A stretch of 62,497 nt of DNA, filler included. It is 7 parts of 7 records of this genome, joined end to end, with 100 filler letters (N's around TTAATTAATTAA, not from the genome) between each part and the next. Parts side by side here need not be neighbours in the genome. Positions count along the whole stretch, not along the records: positions 12,287 to 19,631 come from SRR31156797_27306; positions 19,732 to 28,377 come from SRR31156797_27307; positions 28,478 to 41,486 come from SRR31156797_27323; 4 more parts are not named here. The stretch is one strand, 5' to 3'. Positions within the stretch are counted from its first letter, which is position 1, and every line of letters begins with the position of its first letter. A model generated the notes under the pieces. The model was not told the DNA's origin. It was given only the letters and a program-made list of their open reading frames with translations, and did no database searches. The position numbers and the translations under genes were made by a program. Shown here piece by piece: positions 19,259 through 29,371 of this stretch.

Positions 19259-19631
19259 ATGATTGAAATGATGCTGTTGGGCTTTCTCATGAATGGTGAA
19301 AAAACCGGGTATGAGATTAAAAAGTATATGGATAACAGCACCAACTTTTTTTTTAACACCGGGTTCAGCAGCATTTATCCTAAATTCAGAAAATTGGAAA
19401 AGCAAAGCTACGTCCGCGTCAGCCAAGAGATTAAAAACGGAAAGCTCAACAAGGTTTATTCCCTGACGGATGAGGGGAGGAAGGCATTTTTGGAGTGGCT
19501 GGAGATCAAACCTGAAATAGGACGCATCCGGGATGAGGCCATGTTAAAAATTTTCTTTTTTGATTATCTTGATAAGGAGAAAAGAGTAGTCCAACTGAAA
19601 GAATATCTCGGCGATCTCAAGGAGCATATCC
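19259..19631 (+). CDS. PadR-family regulator, 3'-truncated
   Basis: LLGFL..KTGYEIKK..SIYPKFRKLEK..KVYSLTDEGRKAFLEWL. Confidence 0.92.
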
Positions 19632-19731
19632 NNNNNNNNNNNNNNNNNNNNNNNNNNNNNNNNNNNNNNNNNNNNTTAATTAATTAANNNNNNNNNNNNN
19701 NNNNNNNNNNNNNNNNNNNNNNNNNNNNNNN
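19632..19731. other. Artificial contig linker
   Basis: N44-TTAATTAATTAA-N44. Confidence 0.99.
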
Positions 19732-19870
19732 CTAAAAAATATTCTATATATTTTTTAAAGTTAAATTTATTCTTGTTTTTATAACATATATTATATCATA
19801 GTTTGGCATTTCAAAAAAGAGATGTATTATCATGTATAATGAATGTTGTAAATTTTAATCGTGATTGAGT

Positions 19871-21958
19871 TTAGTCATCCAGTTTGAAAAAATCAAGATC
19901 ACTGTTTAAATTATCAATTAATTGATCCAGAGATTTTAATTGATTTTGATTTTTAATAATACTATCTTTAATACTAAGTGATATTTCATTAGTTTCTATA
20001 CTTAACTGTTCAATCTCTGAGGAGTTATTTACAATTGCAGAGATAGAAGTGGTTATCTCATCAGATGCTTTATTTTGCTCATCTACAGAGATTGAGATAT
20101 CCTTTATCTGCTCAGCATTTGTATTGTTGAATGAGATGATTTTTTCCATATTCTCTTTGGAAGTATTTGATAAGTCTAATCCAATAACGACCTTTTCCCT
20201 TACTTCCTCTCCACCTATTTTTACTACTTCAACTTTGCTCTGTATAGTATTAACTAAACCTTCAATTTTACTGGTTTCTTTGTTAGTTTGCTCAGCCAAT
20301 TTTCTTATCTCATCTGCTACTACTGCAAATCCCTTACCAGCATCACCTGCACGGGCAGCTTCAATAGCTGCATTGAGAGCAAGCAGATTAGTTTGTTCAG
20401 CGATGTTATTGATAGCAGTGGTAATATTACCGATGTTGTTGGAAACATCTTTTAGCTGCTCTATTTCTAAATTAGTTTTATTCGTACTTAAATTTATATC
20501 ATTCATATTTGCAGTTAAGTTTTTGATATTTATAGAACTCTCATTTGCTATTTTTAATGTTTCGCTAAATGATGAAGCGGTAACATTGATATTTCTGCTT
20601 ATTTCATTATTAGTTGCAGATATTTCCTCCAGAGCTGCCAAGCTTTGCTCCGAAGATGCAGATTGATTTCGCACATTGTCGAGAACACTCTCAACAGCTT
20701 GATTTAATTGAAAAATACCGCTGGATAAACTTTCGCTTAATTCCATATAGTACTCACTATTTTCTCCGGAAATTAGATTGTCCATTGATTTATTTACCGA
20801 TGTATTAGCTTTGATTACATCTTTTGATAATGATTTGATATTTTTCAAAGATGAATTTAATTTCGAAACAAAACCATTAAATTTATTAGTTAATTCTCCT
20901 ATCTCATCTTTAGTATTTATGTTTAATCTGGCATTTAATTCCCCTTGTGCCAGTTCGTTAAACTCTACGGATAATTTTTTTATCGGGTTTGCAATTGAAG
21001 AACCCAGGAAATATGAAATAAACAATGAGAAAATAATAAATAAAATTAAAAGTATAACTATATATTTAACTAAGCTGTTAATTTCAGCTAGCGCTTCACT
21101 TTGTTTTACTTCAAATAATACTAAATCACCTGTAACTAACTCGGCAAAAGTTTGTATGTAGTTTTCGCCGTCTTTGTTTACTATCTTGATTCCTTGTGTG
21201 ATCTCTTCTGAATTAGTTAATTTAAGATACTCTTCGTTAAGAGTACCCATAAGATTTTTATTTATGATAGTAGCAGAGCCGGTTTCATAAAATTTAATTT
21301 TACTAATTTTATCTTTGAGTTTTTTATCTTTTAAACCCAGACCAAATACACTGATGATCCTACCATCATCTGAAAAAACAGGTGTGTTGTAATCGATACT
21401 AACTTCACCAGTTACAGGGTTTATCATAGTACTCCAAACACCTTTTTTTGCATTCACTGAACCGTAGAACCAATTCATCTGAGGTTCATCGGGATCAAAA
21501 GCAGATTTGTTAATATTAATTACATTTTGGAAATTACCATTTAATTCATTGTCCATGTACCAAAATCCATAAATATTATTACTGGATTTTGGAGTAGTAT
21601 CCGGTGAAAAAGTAACAAAAATACCATATATTTCACCGCTTAGATCATGAGCGATCTCTTTTAAATATTTTGAGAAATTTTCATTATAGTTTTTGGTGTA
21701 CTCTTCCCCTATAATATCAACTTGACTTAAATCAAAGCTTGATTTTACATAATTAACTAATGATTGTTGTATGGCGCTATAACGATAAAAATCTGAGTTA
21801 AACTCATTTGTTTGGCTGATAACTTTTTCCAGCATAGCCTCTTCTACTTTTTTAATCAGAAGCTTTTTGGATATATTCAAGCTTAGAATTGTTACGATTA
21901 TCAGAGTAACGATAACTGTACTCGATAAGGCAATACTTATTTTATTTTTAATTTTCAT
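19871..21958 (-). CDS. Methyl-accepting chemotaxis protein (Cache-like sensor, HAMP)
   Basis: Two TM helices, [49 protein letters not shown]. Confidence 0.95.
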   Translation of the reverse strand: MKIKNKISIALSSTVIVTLIIVTILSLNISKKLLIKKVEEAMLEKVISQTNEFNSDFYRYSAIQQSLVNYVKSSFDLSQVDIIGEEYTKNYNENFSKYLKEIAHDLSGEIYGIFVTFSPDTTPKSSNNIYGFWYMDNELNGNFQNVININKSAFDPDEPQMNWFYGSVNAKKGVWSTMINPVTGEVSIDYNTPVFSDDGRIISVFGLGLKDKKLKDKISKIKFYETGSATIINKNLMGTLNEEYLKLTNSEEITQGIKIVNKDGENYIQTFAELVTGDLVLFEVKQSEALAEINSLVKYIVILLILFIIFSLFISYFLGSSIANPIKKLSVEFNELAQGELNARLNINTKDEIGELTNKFNGFVSKLNSSLKNIKSLSKDVIKANTSVNKSMDNLISGENSEYYMELSESLSSGIFQLNQAVESVLDNVRNQSASSEQSLAALEEISATNNEISRNINVTASSFSETLKIANESSINIKNLTANMNDINLSTNKTNLEIEQLKDVSNNIGNITTAINNIAEQTNLLALNAAIEAARAGDAGKGFAVVADEIRKLAEQTNKETSKIEGLVNTIQSKVEVVKIGGEEVREKVVIGLDLSNTSKENMEKIISFNNTNAEQIKDISISVDEQNKASDEITTSISAIVNNSSEIEQLSIETNEISLSIKDSIIKNQNQLKSLDQLIDNLNSDLDFFKLDD

Positions 21959-21991
21959 ATATAAATCCCCCAAATTTTAGATGTATAAAAT

Positions 21992-22016
21992 TTAAGCCTC
22001 CATAAAGGAGGCTTAA
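21992..22016 (-). terminator. Intrinsic terminator after the SDR gene
   Basis: TTAAGCCTCC/GGAGGCTTAA hairpin with T-rich tail on the minus strand. Confidence 0.7.
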
Positions 22017-22028
22017 TTATAGAATGTT

Positions 22029-22808
<780 letters not shown>

Positions 22809-22836
22809 TTATAATCTCCCTTATCGTTTTTATTTT

Positions 22837-22928
22837 AAACCGTGCCTTTGCGGCACACGCACAAACCTGATTATCAATATTACGATGGAACGTAAGGTTC
22901 CCGTGTAGTGCTGACGTCAGCACGGTTT
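22837..22928. repeat. GC-rich inverted REP-like doublet between the oxidoreductase and SDR genes
   Basis: Outer AAACCGTGC/GCACGGTTT; inner hairpins GTGCC-TTTGC-GGCAC, GGAAC-GTAAG-GTTCC and GTGCTGACGTCAGCAC (overlapped by GTAG). Confidence 0.6.
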
Positions 22929-22939
22929 TGATTCTTAAT

Positions 22940-24847
22940 TTATTTTATATTTCTTACTGCATACCATGCTTCGTGGAAACATTCGAATATCTTTCTACCT
23001 TGTACAGCATCTCCTATTTTGAATACCTGTGGTGCTAAATTTTCAAATTGTTGGTTAGGAATAGGAGTCAATCCAGTTGCGTATACTACAGTATCAGCTT
23101 CATATTTTTGCTCCTCACCATTTTGGCTAAAGATTATTCCATCATCTAATATTTCAACAACTTTTGCATTTAGATGAATATCAACATCATTTTTAGCAAG
23201 TCTGGCTTTTAGCGTTCCCTGTGACAGAGGTTCATCTTCCATTGCGATGTCTTCTCTCATCTCGAAGATACCACCCTTTTTCCCCTCTTCTGCTAAATAA
23301 AGAGCCGTTTCACTTCCAATAAGTCCTCCACCGATGATAGCAGTTTTCTCTCCTGCTAAGCTTGGATCAAGTAAAACTTTATCAGCTGAAAGTGCTTTTT
23401 CTATTCCCTTAATTGGTAATTTAATATAGTCAGATCCGGTTGCAATAATCACTGCATCAGGATTAATCTCCTTTATTTTTTCAGGATTAACTTCTGTATT
23501 CATTTGAATATCTACACTACTTTTCTTTAGCTGGGTTTTAGCCCATTCAACTACTCCTCTTCCCTCCATTTTGAATGAAGGTTCTGTAGCTTCCAGGAAT
23601 CTCCCGCCAAACTCATTAGTTTTTTCAAATAGTGTTACTTTGTGACCCATCTCATCAGCTAGTCTTGCAGCTTCCATTCCTGCAACTCCTCCACCGATAA
23701 CCACTATATTTTTAGGATCATTTGTTTTTACTACTTCATACTCTTTTTCTCTTCCAACTTGTGGATTAATCTCACACCTAATAGGACACCCTTTGAAGAA
23801 TAAAGAGATACAACCTTCATTTCCTCTAACACATGGCTTGATATCCTCTAATCTATCTTGCTTGATTTTATTAGGCAGATCAGGATCAGCCAGTAGAGGT
23901 CTTCCGAATGAGATTAAGTCAGCTTGATCGTTTTGTAGTGCTTCTTCTCCCTCTTTTGGTCCCATTGAACCTACTGCAATTACTGGAATATCAACCACTT
24001 CTTTCATTCTTTCAGCCAAGTGAACAATAGGAGCTCTTTCAACATATAATGGTGTAATCATGTGGAAAGCCATTGATTCATATACTCCGGCTGATACATG
24101 GATATAGTCTAATCTGTCCTGAACAGATTTAACAAATGCTGAAGTATCCTCAATTGTTAATCCGTCCTCTACAAATTCAGCTCCACTGATTCTGTAACCT
24201 ACTATGAAGTCCTCTCCTACAGCTGCTCTTATTTTATTAATAACATTTGTTGGGAAAGTTCTTCTTTTTTCAACGCTTCCACCATATTCATCTTCTCTTT
24301 TGTTAGTAAATGGTGATAAGAAAGATAGAATCAGATATCCGTGAGCACCATGAATCTCAACTCCGTCAAAACCTGCTAACTTTGCTCTCAATGCAGCTGC
24401 GGCAAAGGCATCTTCGATCTCTACTATTTCATCTCTTGTTAAAACATGAGGTTCATTTCCTCCGTAATCAACCATTGACGGAGCAACAGGTCTTCCACCT
24501 GCAGCTTCAGGAATTGCTTGTCTTCCACCATGATTAATCTGAATAACTGCAACAGCTCCGGCCTCTTTTATTGCTGATGAGATTAAAAATTTACTTGCGA
24601 TATGATTTCCTGTAGATAGTTTTGATGATGCAAATGATGATCTACTAGCCTTATCATCGATGAAAGTACTCTCCACTACGATCATTCCTACTCCACCCTT
24701 GGCTCTTCTACCATAATGTTGAGCCATAACTTCACCAGATGTTCCGTCAGGGTTAGATAATCTTGTTTCGATTGGTGGTAGCACCATTCTGTTTCTTAAT
24801 GTTTTGTTTCCAATTTTTACTGGTTCTAATAGTTTCCAATTTTTCAA
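22940..24847 (-). CDS. NADH:flavin oxidoreductase (OYE TIM barrel + FAD/NAD domains; FadH/BaiH/enoate-reductase class)
   Basis: RNRMVLPP, GFDGVEIHGAHGYL, NKREDEYGGS, VIGGGVAGMEAA, IIGGGLIGSE; TTG start 8 nt after AGGAG. Confidence 0.93.
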   Translation of the reverse strand: MKNWKLLEPVKIGNKTLRNRMVLPPIETRLSNPDGTSGEVMAQHYGRRAKGGVGMIVVESTFIDDKASRSSFASSKLSTGNHIASKFLISSAIKEAGAVAVIQINHGGRQAIPEAAGGRPVAPSMVDYGGNEPHVLTRDEIVEIEDAFAAAALRAKLAGFDGVEIHGAHGYLILSFLSPFTNKREDEYGGSVEKRRTFPTNVINKIRAAVGEDFIVGYRISGAEFVEDGLTIEDTSAFVKSVQDRLDYIHVSAGVYESMAFHMITPLYVERAPIVHLAERMKEVVDIPVIAVGSMGPKEGEEALQNDQADLISFGRPLLADPDLPNKIKQDRLEDIKPCVRGNEGCISLFFKGCPIRCEINPQVGREKEYEVVKTNDPKNIVVIGGGVAGMEAARLADEMGHKVTLFEKTNEFGGRFLEATEPSFKMEGRGVVEWAKTQLKKSSVDIQMNTEVNPEKIKEINPDAVIIATGSDYIKLPIKGIEKALSADKVLLDPSLAGEKTAIIGGGLIGSETALYLAEEGKKGGIFEMREDIAMEDEPLSQGTLKARLAKNDVDIHLNAKVVEILDDGIIFSQNGEEQKYEADTVVYATGLTPIPNQQFENLAPQVFKIGDAVQGRKIFECFHEAWYAVRNIK

Positions 24848-24911
24848 TACATTCACTCCTTTTACTTATAAAATAAAGATTAAATTCACATAATAACTTT
24901 AAAAATATTTT

Positions 24912-24978
24912 TATAATTCGTCAATAATGAACTAGTTCTATATAATTGAATTATATGATATAATTATTTAACTGTCAA
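24912..24978 (-). promoter_or_regulatory. Consensus sigma70 promoter of the oxidoreductase operon with an overlapping dyad operator
   Basis: TTGACA (24978-24973), 17 nt, TATAAT (24955-24950); dyad TATAATTC-N9-GAACTAGTTC-N9-GAATTATA at 24912-24955. Confidence 0.8.
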
Positions 24979-25223
24979 TACTTCTTCGCAAAAATACATG
25001 AAAAAATTTATTATTGATGAATTAAAAATTAAGAATCAAAATAATTTACGGGAATATGAAAAATAGGATAGGAAAATTTAAGCAATAAAATCACTATTAC
25101 TATATTTTTAGTTAGTAACTATCAAAAAAGTACCTAATTGAAAAAAACGAGGACTAGTGTTAGGATTATGCTTATACTTGATAAAAATTAATATAGCAGT
25201 TAACTATAATTAGGGAGAAAAAG

Positions 25224-25853
25224 ATGAGAGATAAAAAATATATTCAATCAATTCAAAGAGCATCTATGATTTTGAATTGTCTGTCAGAAAGAGGAGCGGT
25301 AAAATTAAATGAAATATGTCAAATTACCGGATTAAAAACCTCTACAGCATTTGGGATAGTTAAAACATTAGAGGAAGTTGGTCAAATAAGCAGGATTAAC
25401 GACGGACTACACTATACTTTAGGAATTAACAGTTTAAAATTCGCACTTTCGTATATAAATAATTTTAAGATTAATGATGAAATAAATATTTTATTAAAAA
25501 AACTTGTTGCTGAAATTGATGAAACTGCTTATGTAATGATGAAAGTAGGGAAAAGCAGCTACTACTATCTTGATTCTATTCTTTCATCACATCCGCTTAA
25601 AGCAGTACCTCATGATGAAAAATTCATTGAATTGCCGGATATATCAGCAGTAGGAAAAATATTCAAAGACAATAATCTTGAATATGCACTTGATATAGGT
25701 GAAGTATATGAAGGAATGAATTGTATAGCGATTCCATATAGAGTTGATGGCACATTAATTGCAAGTATTGTTATTGCCGGTCCGGATTGTCGTTTTACAG
25801 AGGAGAAAGTTAGAGGAGTTTATAATAAATATTTAGGGATTATAAATCAGTAA
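25224..25853 (+). CDS. IclR-family regulator (short effector domain)
   Basis: IQSIQRASMIL..LNEICQITGLKTSTAFGIVKTL HTH; GEVYEGMNCIAIP..ASIVIAGPDCRF. Confidence 0.9.
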   Translation: MRDKKYIQSIQRASMILNCLSERGAVKLNEICQITGLKTSTAFGIVKTLEEVGQISRINDGLHYTLGINSLKFALSYINNFKINDEINILLKKLVAEIDETAYVMMKVGKSSYYYLDSILSSHPLKAVPHDEKFIELPDISAVGKIFKDNNLEYALDIGEVYEGMNCIAIPYRVDGTLIASIVIAGPDCRFTEEKVRGVYNKYLGIINQ

Positions 25854-25907
25854 AATAAAAAGGCATAAATGATTAGGAAAAACTAAATCACTTATGCCTT
25901 TTTATTT
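25853..25907. terminator. Bidirectional terminator between convergent genes
   Basis: AAATAAAAAGGCATAA..TGATT / AATCA..TTATGCCTTTTTATTT. Confidence 0.8.
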
Positions 25908-25930
25908 GATTTGTAAACTTAAAGCCCTTT

Positions 25931-26674
25931 TTACCAGTTGAAATTAAGTTTGTATTTATTTTTATAATAATCAAAACGGCCCTCTTTTTTCATATTTACC
26001 AGTTCTTTTTCAAGTTTTGGAATTAAATCATGATGTTTTTTATGTAAAAAAATATAAATCGCAATCTCCTCCATGATGGCCACTTCATGAATTTTATCTT
26101 TCAGAGTTTTCCCCTCATCAGAATTCAGGAAATCATGTACAAATATTCTTGCATCTATGTATAAATCAGTTCTTCCATAAATTAATTTTTTTACTGCAAT
26201 TTCTATATTTTTAGCAACACTTATATTATTTGCCTCAACTACTCCCTTTAATCCATTTTCAACAGCTTTTATCCCTAATCTTCGTTCGATTATAAAATTA
26301 GAATTTTTAAGACTAGTCCAATTTTTCAAACTAATATTTTTATCTAATGAAAAGGCTGAATAGACTTGTTTTATTATAATTTCATCAACTCTTAGCAAAT
26401 TGGGATGTGAATCAGAGTATTTATAAACTCTACCTAAGTGACCATCGACAAGACCGTTATCAGCTAAATATACAATTCTATTTGGAGGATAAATTTCATA
26501 TTTAAGCTTAACTCCTAATCTTTTAAACGCTTCAGTTTCAATATCAAGGATAAACTTCATGTAGCTATTTTCTATTTTTCTACCACCGGCAAGTATAATC
26601 TCTTTTGGTAGTTCAGCAGAGTATAGAGAAGATGTTAAGGTTAATATAATCATTAACTGAATAAACTTTTTCAT
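25931..26674 (-). CDS. Substrate-binding periplasmic protein (family 3-like), stand-alone
   Basis: Signal peptide, YPPNR..GLVDG, LIYGRTDLYI, LVNMKKEG. Confidence 0.8.
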   Translation of the reverse strand: MKKFIQLMIILTLTSSLYSAELPKEIILAGGRKIENSYMKFILDIETEAFKRLGVKLKYEIYPPNRIVYLADNGLVDGHLGRVYKYSDSHPNLLRVDEIIIKQVYSAFSLDKNISLKNWTSLKNSNFIIERRLGIKAVENGLKGVVEANNISVAKNIEIAVKKLIYGRTDLYIDARIFVHDFLNSDEGKTLKDKIHEVAIMEEIAIYIFLHKKHHDLIPKLEKELVNMKKEGRFDYYKNKYKLNFNW

Positions 26675-26918
26675 CTATTCCTCCTTTCTATATTTTATGA
26701 ATTATTAACTTTATTTTTTCTCAATTTAATTATACTTCAAATTCATTATTGAAACTTAGAAAATGTGAAAAATCAAGATAAGTTTATAGCAGTATGACGT
26801 AAATTTTAAAGGCATTTTATGTTATTGAATTTAGTAATTTTTAGGAGTATAATTAGTTTAGTGGTTTAGTAATGAAATAGTGGTGCATTAAAATATTAGT
26901 AGAATCTAGGAGGTTGTT

Positions 26919-27632
26919 ATGAAAAAAATAGTTATAGTATTGACAATGTTTATTGCACTTAACAGCTTTGGTAAAACTTATAATCATGCAGTAATTCAAG
27001 GTTTAATTGAACAGGAAATTGGTGAGGTTATTGTCTCTGAAGTTTATAATAATTTAGGATATGGTATTAAGATTACTCGATTGCCGGGAGCAAGAGCTGC
27101 AGATGAATCAAGTACCGGGAAAAAAGATGGAGAGATTATGCGTGTATTCGTTTTTGGAAATGCATTTCCTACATTAGTGAGAGTACCAACTCCATATTAT
27201 TTAATTGATTTTACAGGCTTCATCAGATCAGATAGTGGTGTAACAATAAACTCTAAAGAAGATCTGAAAAAATATAAAGTTGGTTATGTCCGTGGTGTAA
27301 AAATAGCTGCTGATTTAAGTGAAGGAGTTAGAAATATTACAGAAGTAAACAGTACAGAGCAGTTAGTGAAAATGGTAAATAGTGGAAGAGTTGATGTAGG
27401 GTTAATTACTGCTGTTGATGGTCGACTTGCAGCGAAAAAATTTAATCTGACAAAAGTAGTAGAGTTAGATAAACCACTATTAGGGGTTAAAGGTTATCAC
27501 TATCTTCATATTAAAAATAAATCTGTAGTTGATAAAATTGACGCAGAATTGCAGAGAATGAAATCAACAGGAGAACTGGAGAAATTAGTAAAAAAAGCTG
27601 AGAATATTGTGTTTGGCAGACATTTAAAATAA
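26919..27632 (+). CDS. Substrate-binding periplasmic protein (family 3-like), stand-alone
   Basis: Signal peptide, LPGARA..GKKDGEIMR, VGYVRGVK, SGRVDV, YHYLHIKN. Confidence 0.82.
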   Translation: MKKIVIVLTMFIALNSFGKTYNHAVIQGLIEQEIGEVIVSEVYNNLGYGIKITRLPGARAADESSTGKKDGEIMRVFVFGNAFPTLVRVPTPYYLIDFTGFIRSDSGVTINSKEDLKKYKVGYVRGVKIAADLSEGVRNITEVNSTEQLVKMVNSGRVDVGLITAVDGRLAAKKFNLTKVVELDKPLLGVKGYHYLHIKNKSVVDKIDAELQRMKSTGELEKLVKKAENIVFGRHLK

Positions 27633-27649
27633 TAATAAAACTATTGAAT

Positions 27650-27692
27650 ATTCCGCTTAAGTCCTAAAGGACTTTGGCGGAATTTCTTTTTT
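27650..27692 (+). terminator. Intrinsic terminator
   Basis: ATTCCGC..AAGTCC/GGACTT..GCGGAAT followed by a T-run. Confidence 0.75.
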
Positions 27693-27770
27693 AAAAAACA
27701 TACCTGACTTTAGTAAACATATGGTATAATTTTAGTAAATATAACAGTGGAGGAAAGACAAAGGAGAGCC

Positions 27771-28377
27771 ATGGCGACTTTAAAACAAATAGCTCAAGAA
27801 GCAGGAGTATCGATAACAACAGTATCACGTGTACTGAATGAAGAGAATGCAAAGATAGCAAGTAAAGAAGTAAGAGAAAAAATATATAAAATAGCAAATG
27901 AATTAGGTTATATTAAAAATAAAAAAAAGCGTACTACAAATAATGAGATAAAAAACAGTGATAATGCTCAGATGATAGAGCTTTATTGTTTGTGTGCACG
28001 TCCCTATGAAGAGTCAAGTGAAGATACTTATTATGAACAAGTTATCACAGGTATGAATAAAGCAGCAAATGAAAATAATTGTATTTTGTTTAGCCGTTTA
28101 GAATTACATGATCTGGATAACGGAACGATTGAACGACTTATGGAAGGTAAAACTCAGCGGAATTTAGTTACTATAGGATATTTAGGAGCCGAATTGCTTA
28201 CACGACTGTATCATTATTTTGATAACATTGTTTGTATAAATCAAAATGAGTTGGAAGTGCAGTATACGGATAAATTTGATCAGATTGTGTGTGATGGTTC
28301 TTTAGCCTGCTACAAAAGTATGGAATATCTTTATGAATTAAATCATCGAAAAATAGCATTTATCGGACAGAATGAAT
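27771..28377 (+). CDS. LacI-family (EbgR-like) regulator, 3'-truncated
   Basis: MATLKQIAQEAGVSITTVSRVLN HTH, HRKIAFIG; AAGGAG RBS. Confidence 0.92.
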
Positions 28378-28477
28378 NNNNNNNNNNNNNNNNNNNNNNN
28401 NNNNNNNNNNNNNNNNNNNNNTTAATTAATTAANNNNNNNNNNNNNNNNNNNNNNNNNNNNNNNNNNNNNNNNNNNN
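28378..28477. other. Artificial contig linker
   Basis: N44-TTAATTAATTAA-N44. Confidence 0.99.
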
Positions 28478-28587
28478 AAGAATACCTATTACTATTTAAA
28501 ATACAATATTTTAAGTCGGATAGTGGACTGCCTCGAAACCTGTACCTGTGAGTAATTGTCGGATTCTGATCTGGCAGAAAATAAAAG

Positions 28588-29283
28588 CTAGCCGTTCTTT
28601 CTTCCGGTTGTTAATTTCGTATAAACTTCCTTTCGAACTCTACCCGCGAGTCTTTCGTGGTATTTGTTCATAAAATTCTCCACGGCTTTTTTATCACTTT
28701 TCGAAAGTTCTCGTAAGGCCCACGAAAGAGCTTTAACAATCATGTCGTCGCGGTCGTCAACTACTTTTTCACAAATGAATAGTGTACGATCTACGTCGCC
28801 GGTTCCTCCGCGCGATCTAAGGTTTAATGCAACAGTTGAAACAACAGCAGTTCGTCGCCACCAGCGATTATCAGAATTAAGCCACTTTAGTACATCGTTG
28901 TTGCTTATTTGTTTTTCGCGCCAGGCCCACCCGGAAATCATAAGAGATAAGGTGTCAACCGTTACCCAATTGTCGATATTCTGTCCTAATTCTTCAATAT
29001 CTTTCAACCGAATTAACCGAAGTGCCTGTTTGTTTTTCCAAAGCAACTCGAAAGCTACCTGGTTGGCTTCAATTATTTTAGAATTAACCAGTTTCTTGGC
29101 AAATTGAAGCAACTCTTCAGGAGTTTTTGATTTCATTTCTGCCCAGCAATCGTTTGCCACTTGTTTTATCCCGGCAGATCTTACGCCAAGTACCTCCATT
29201 TGTGAGGGAAACATAACTTTGGATCGCTCTTGTCTTTCTTTTTCAGCTAATAGCTTTAATGATTCAATGGTTTGCCTGATCAT
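28588..29283 (-). CDS. DNA alkylation repair protein (AlkD-like HEAT repeat)
   Basis: LGVRS, IDNWVTVD, WLNSDNRWWRR, DDMIVKALSWALRELSK. Confidence 0.9.
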   Translation of the reverse strand: MIRQTIESLKLLAEKERQERSKVMFPSQMEVLGVRSAGIKQVANDCWAEMKSKTPEELLQFAKKLVNSKIIEANQVAFELLWKNKQALRLIRLKDIEELGQNIDNWVTVDTLSLMISGWAWREKQISNNDVLKWLNSDNRWWRRTAVVSTVALNLRSRGGTGDVDRTLFICEKVVDDRDDMIVKALSWALRELSKSDKKAVENFMNKYHERLAGRVRKEVYTKLTTGRKNG

Positions 29284-29371
29284 AGTAGATTTACTTAATA
29301 ACGTAAAGTTTAGAAGTTTCAGAAATAAACACAAACATAATGTTACTTTTGGGATATCATTAATTAACGTT

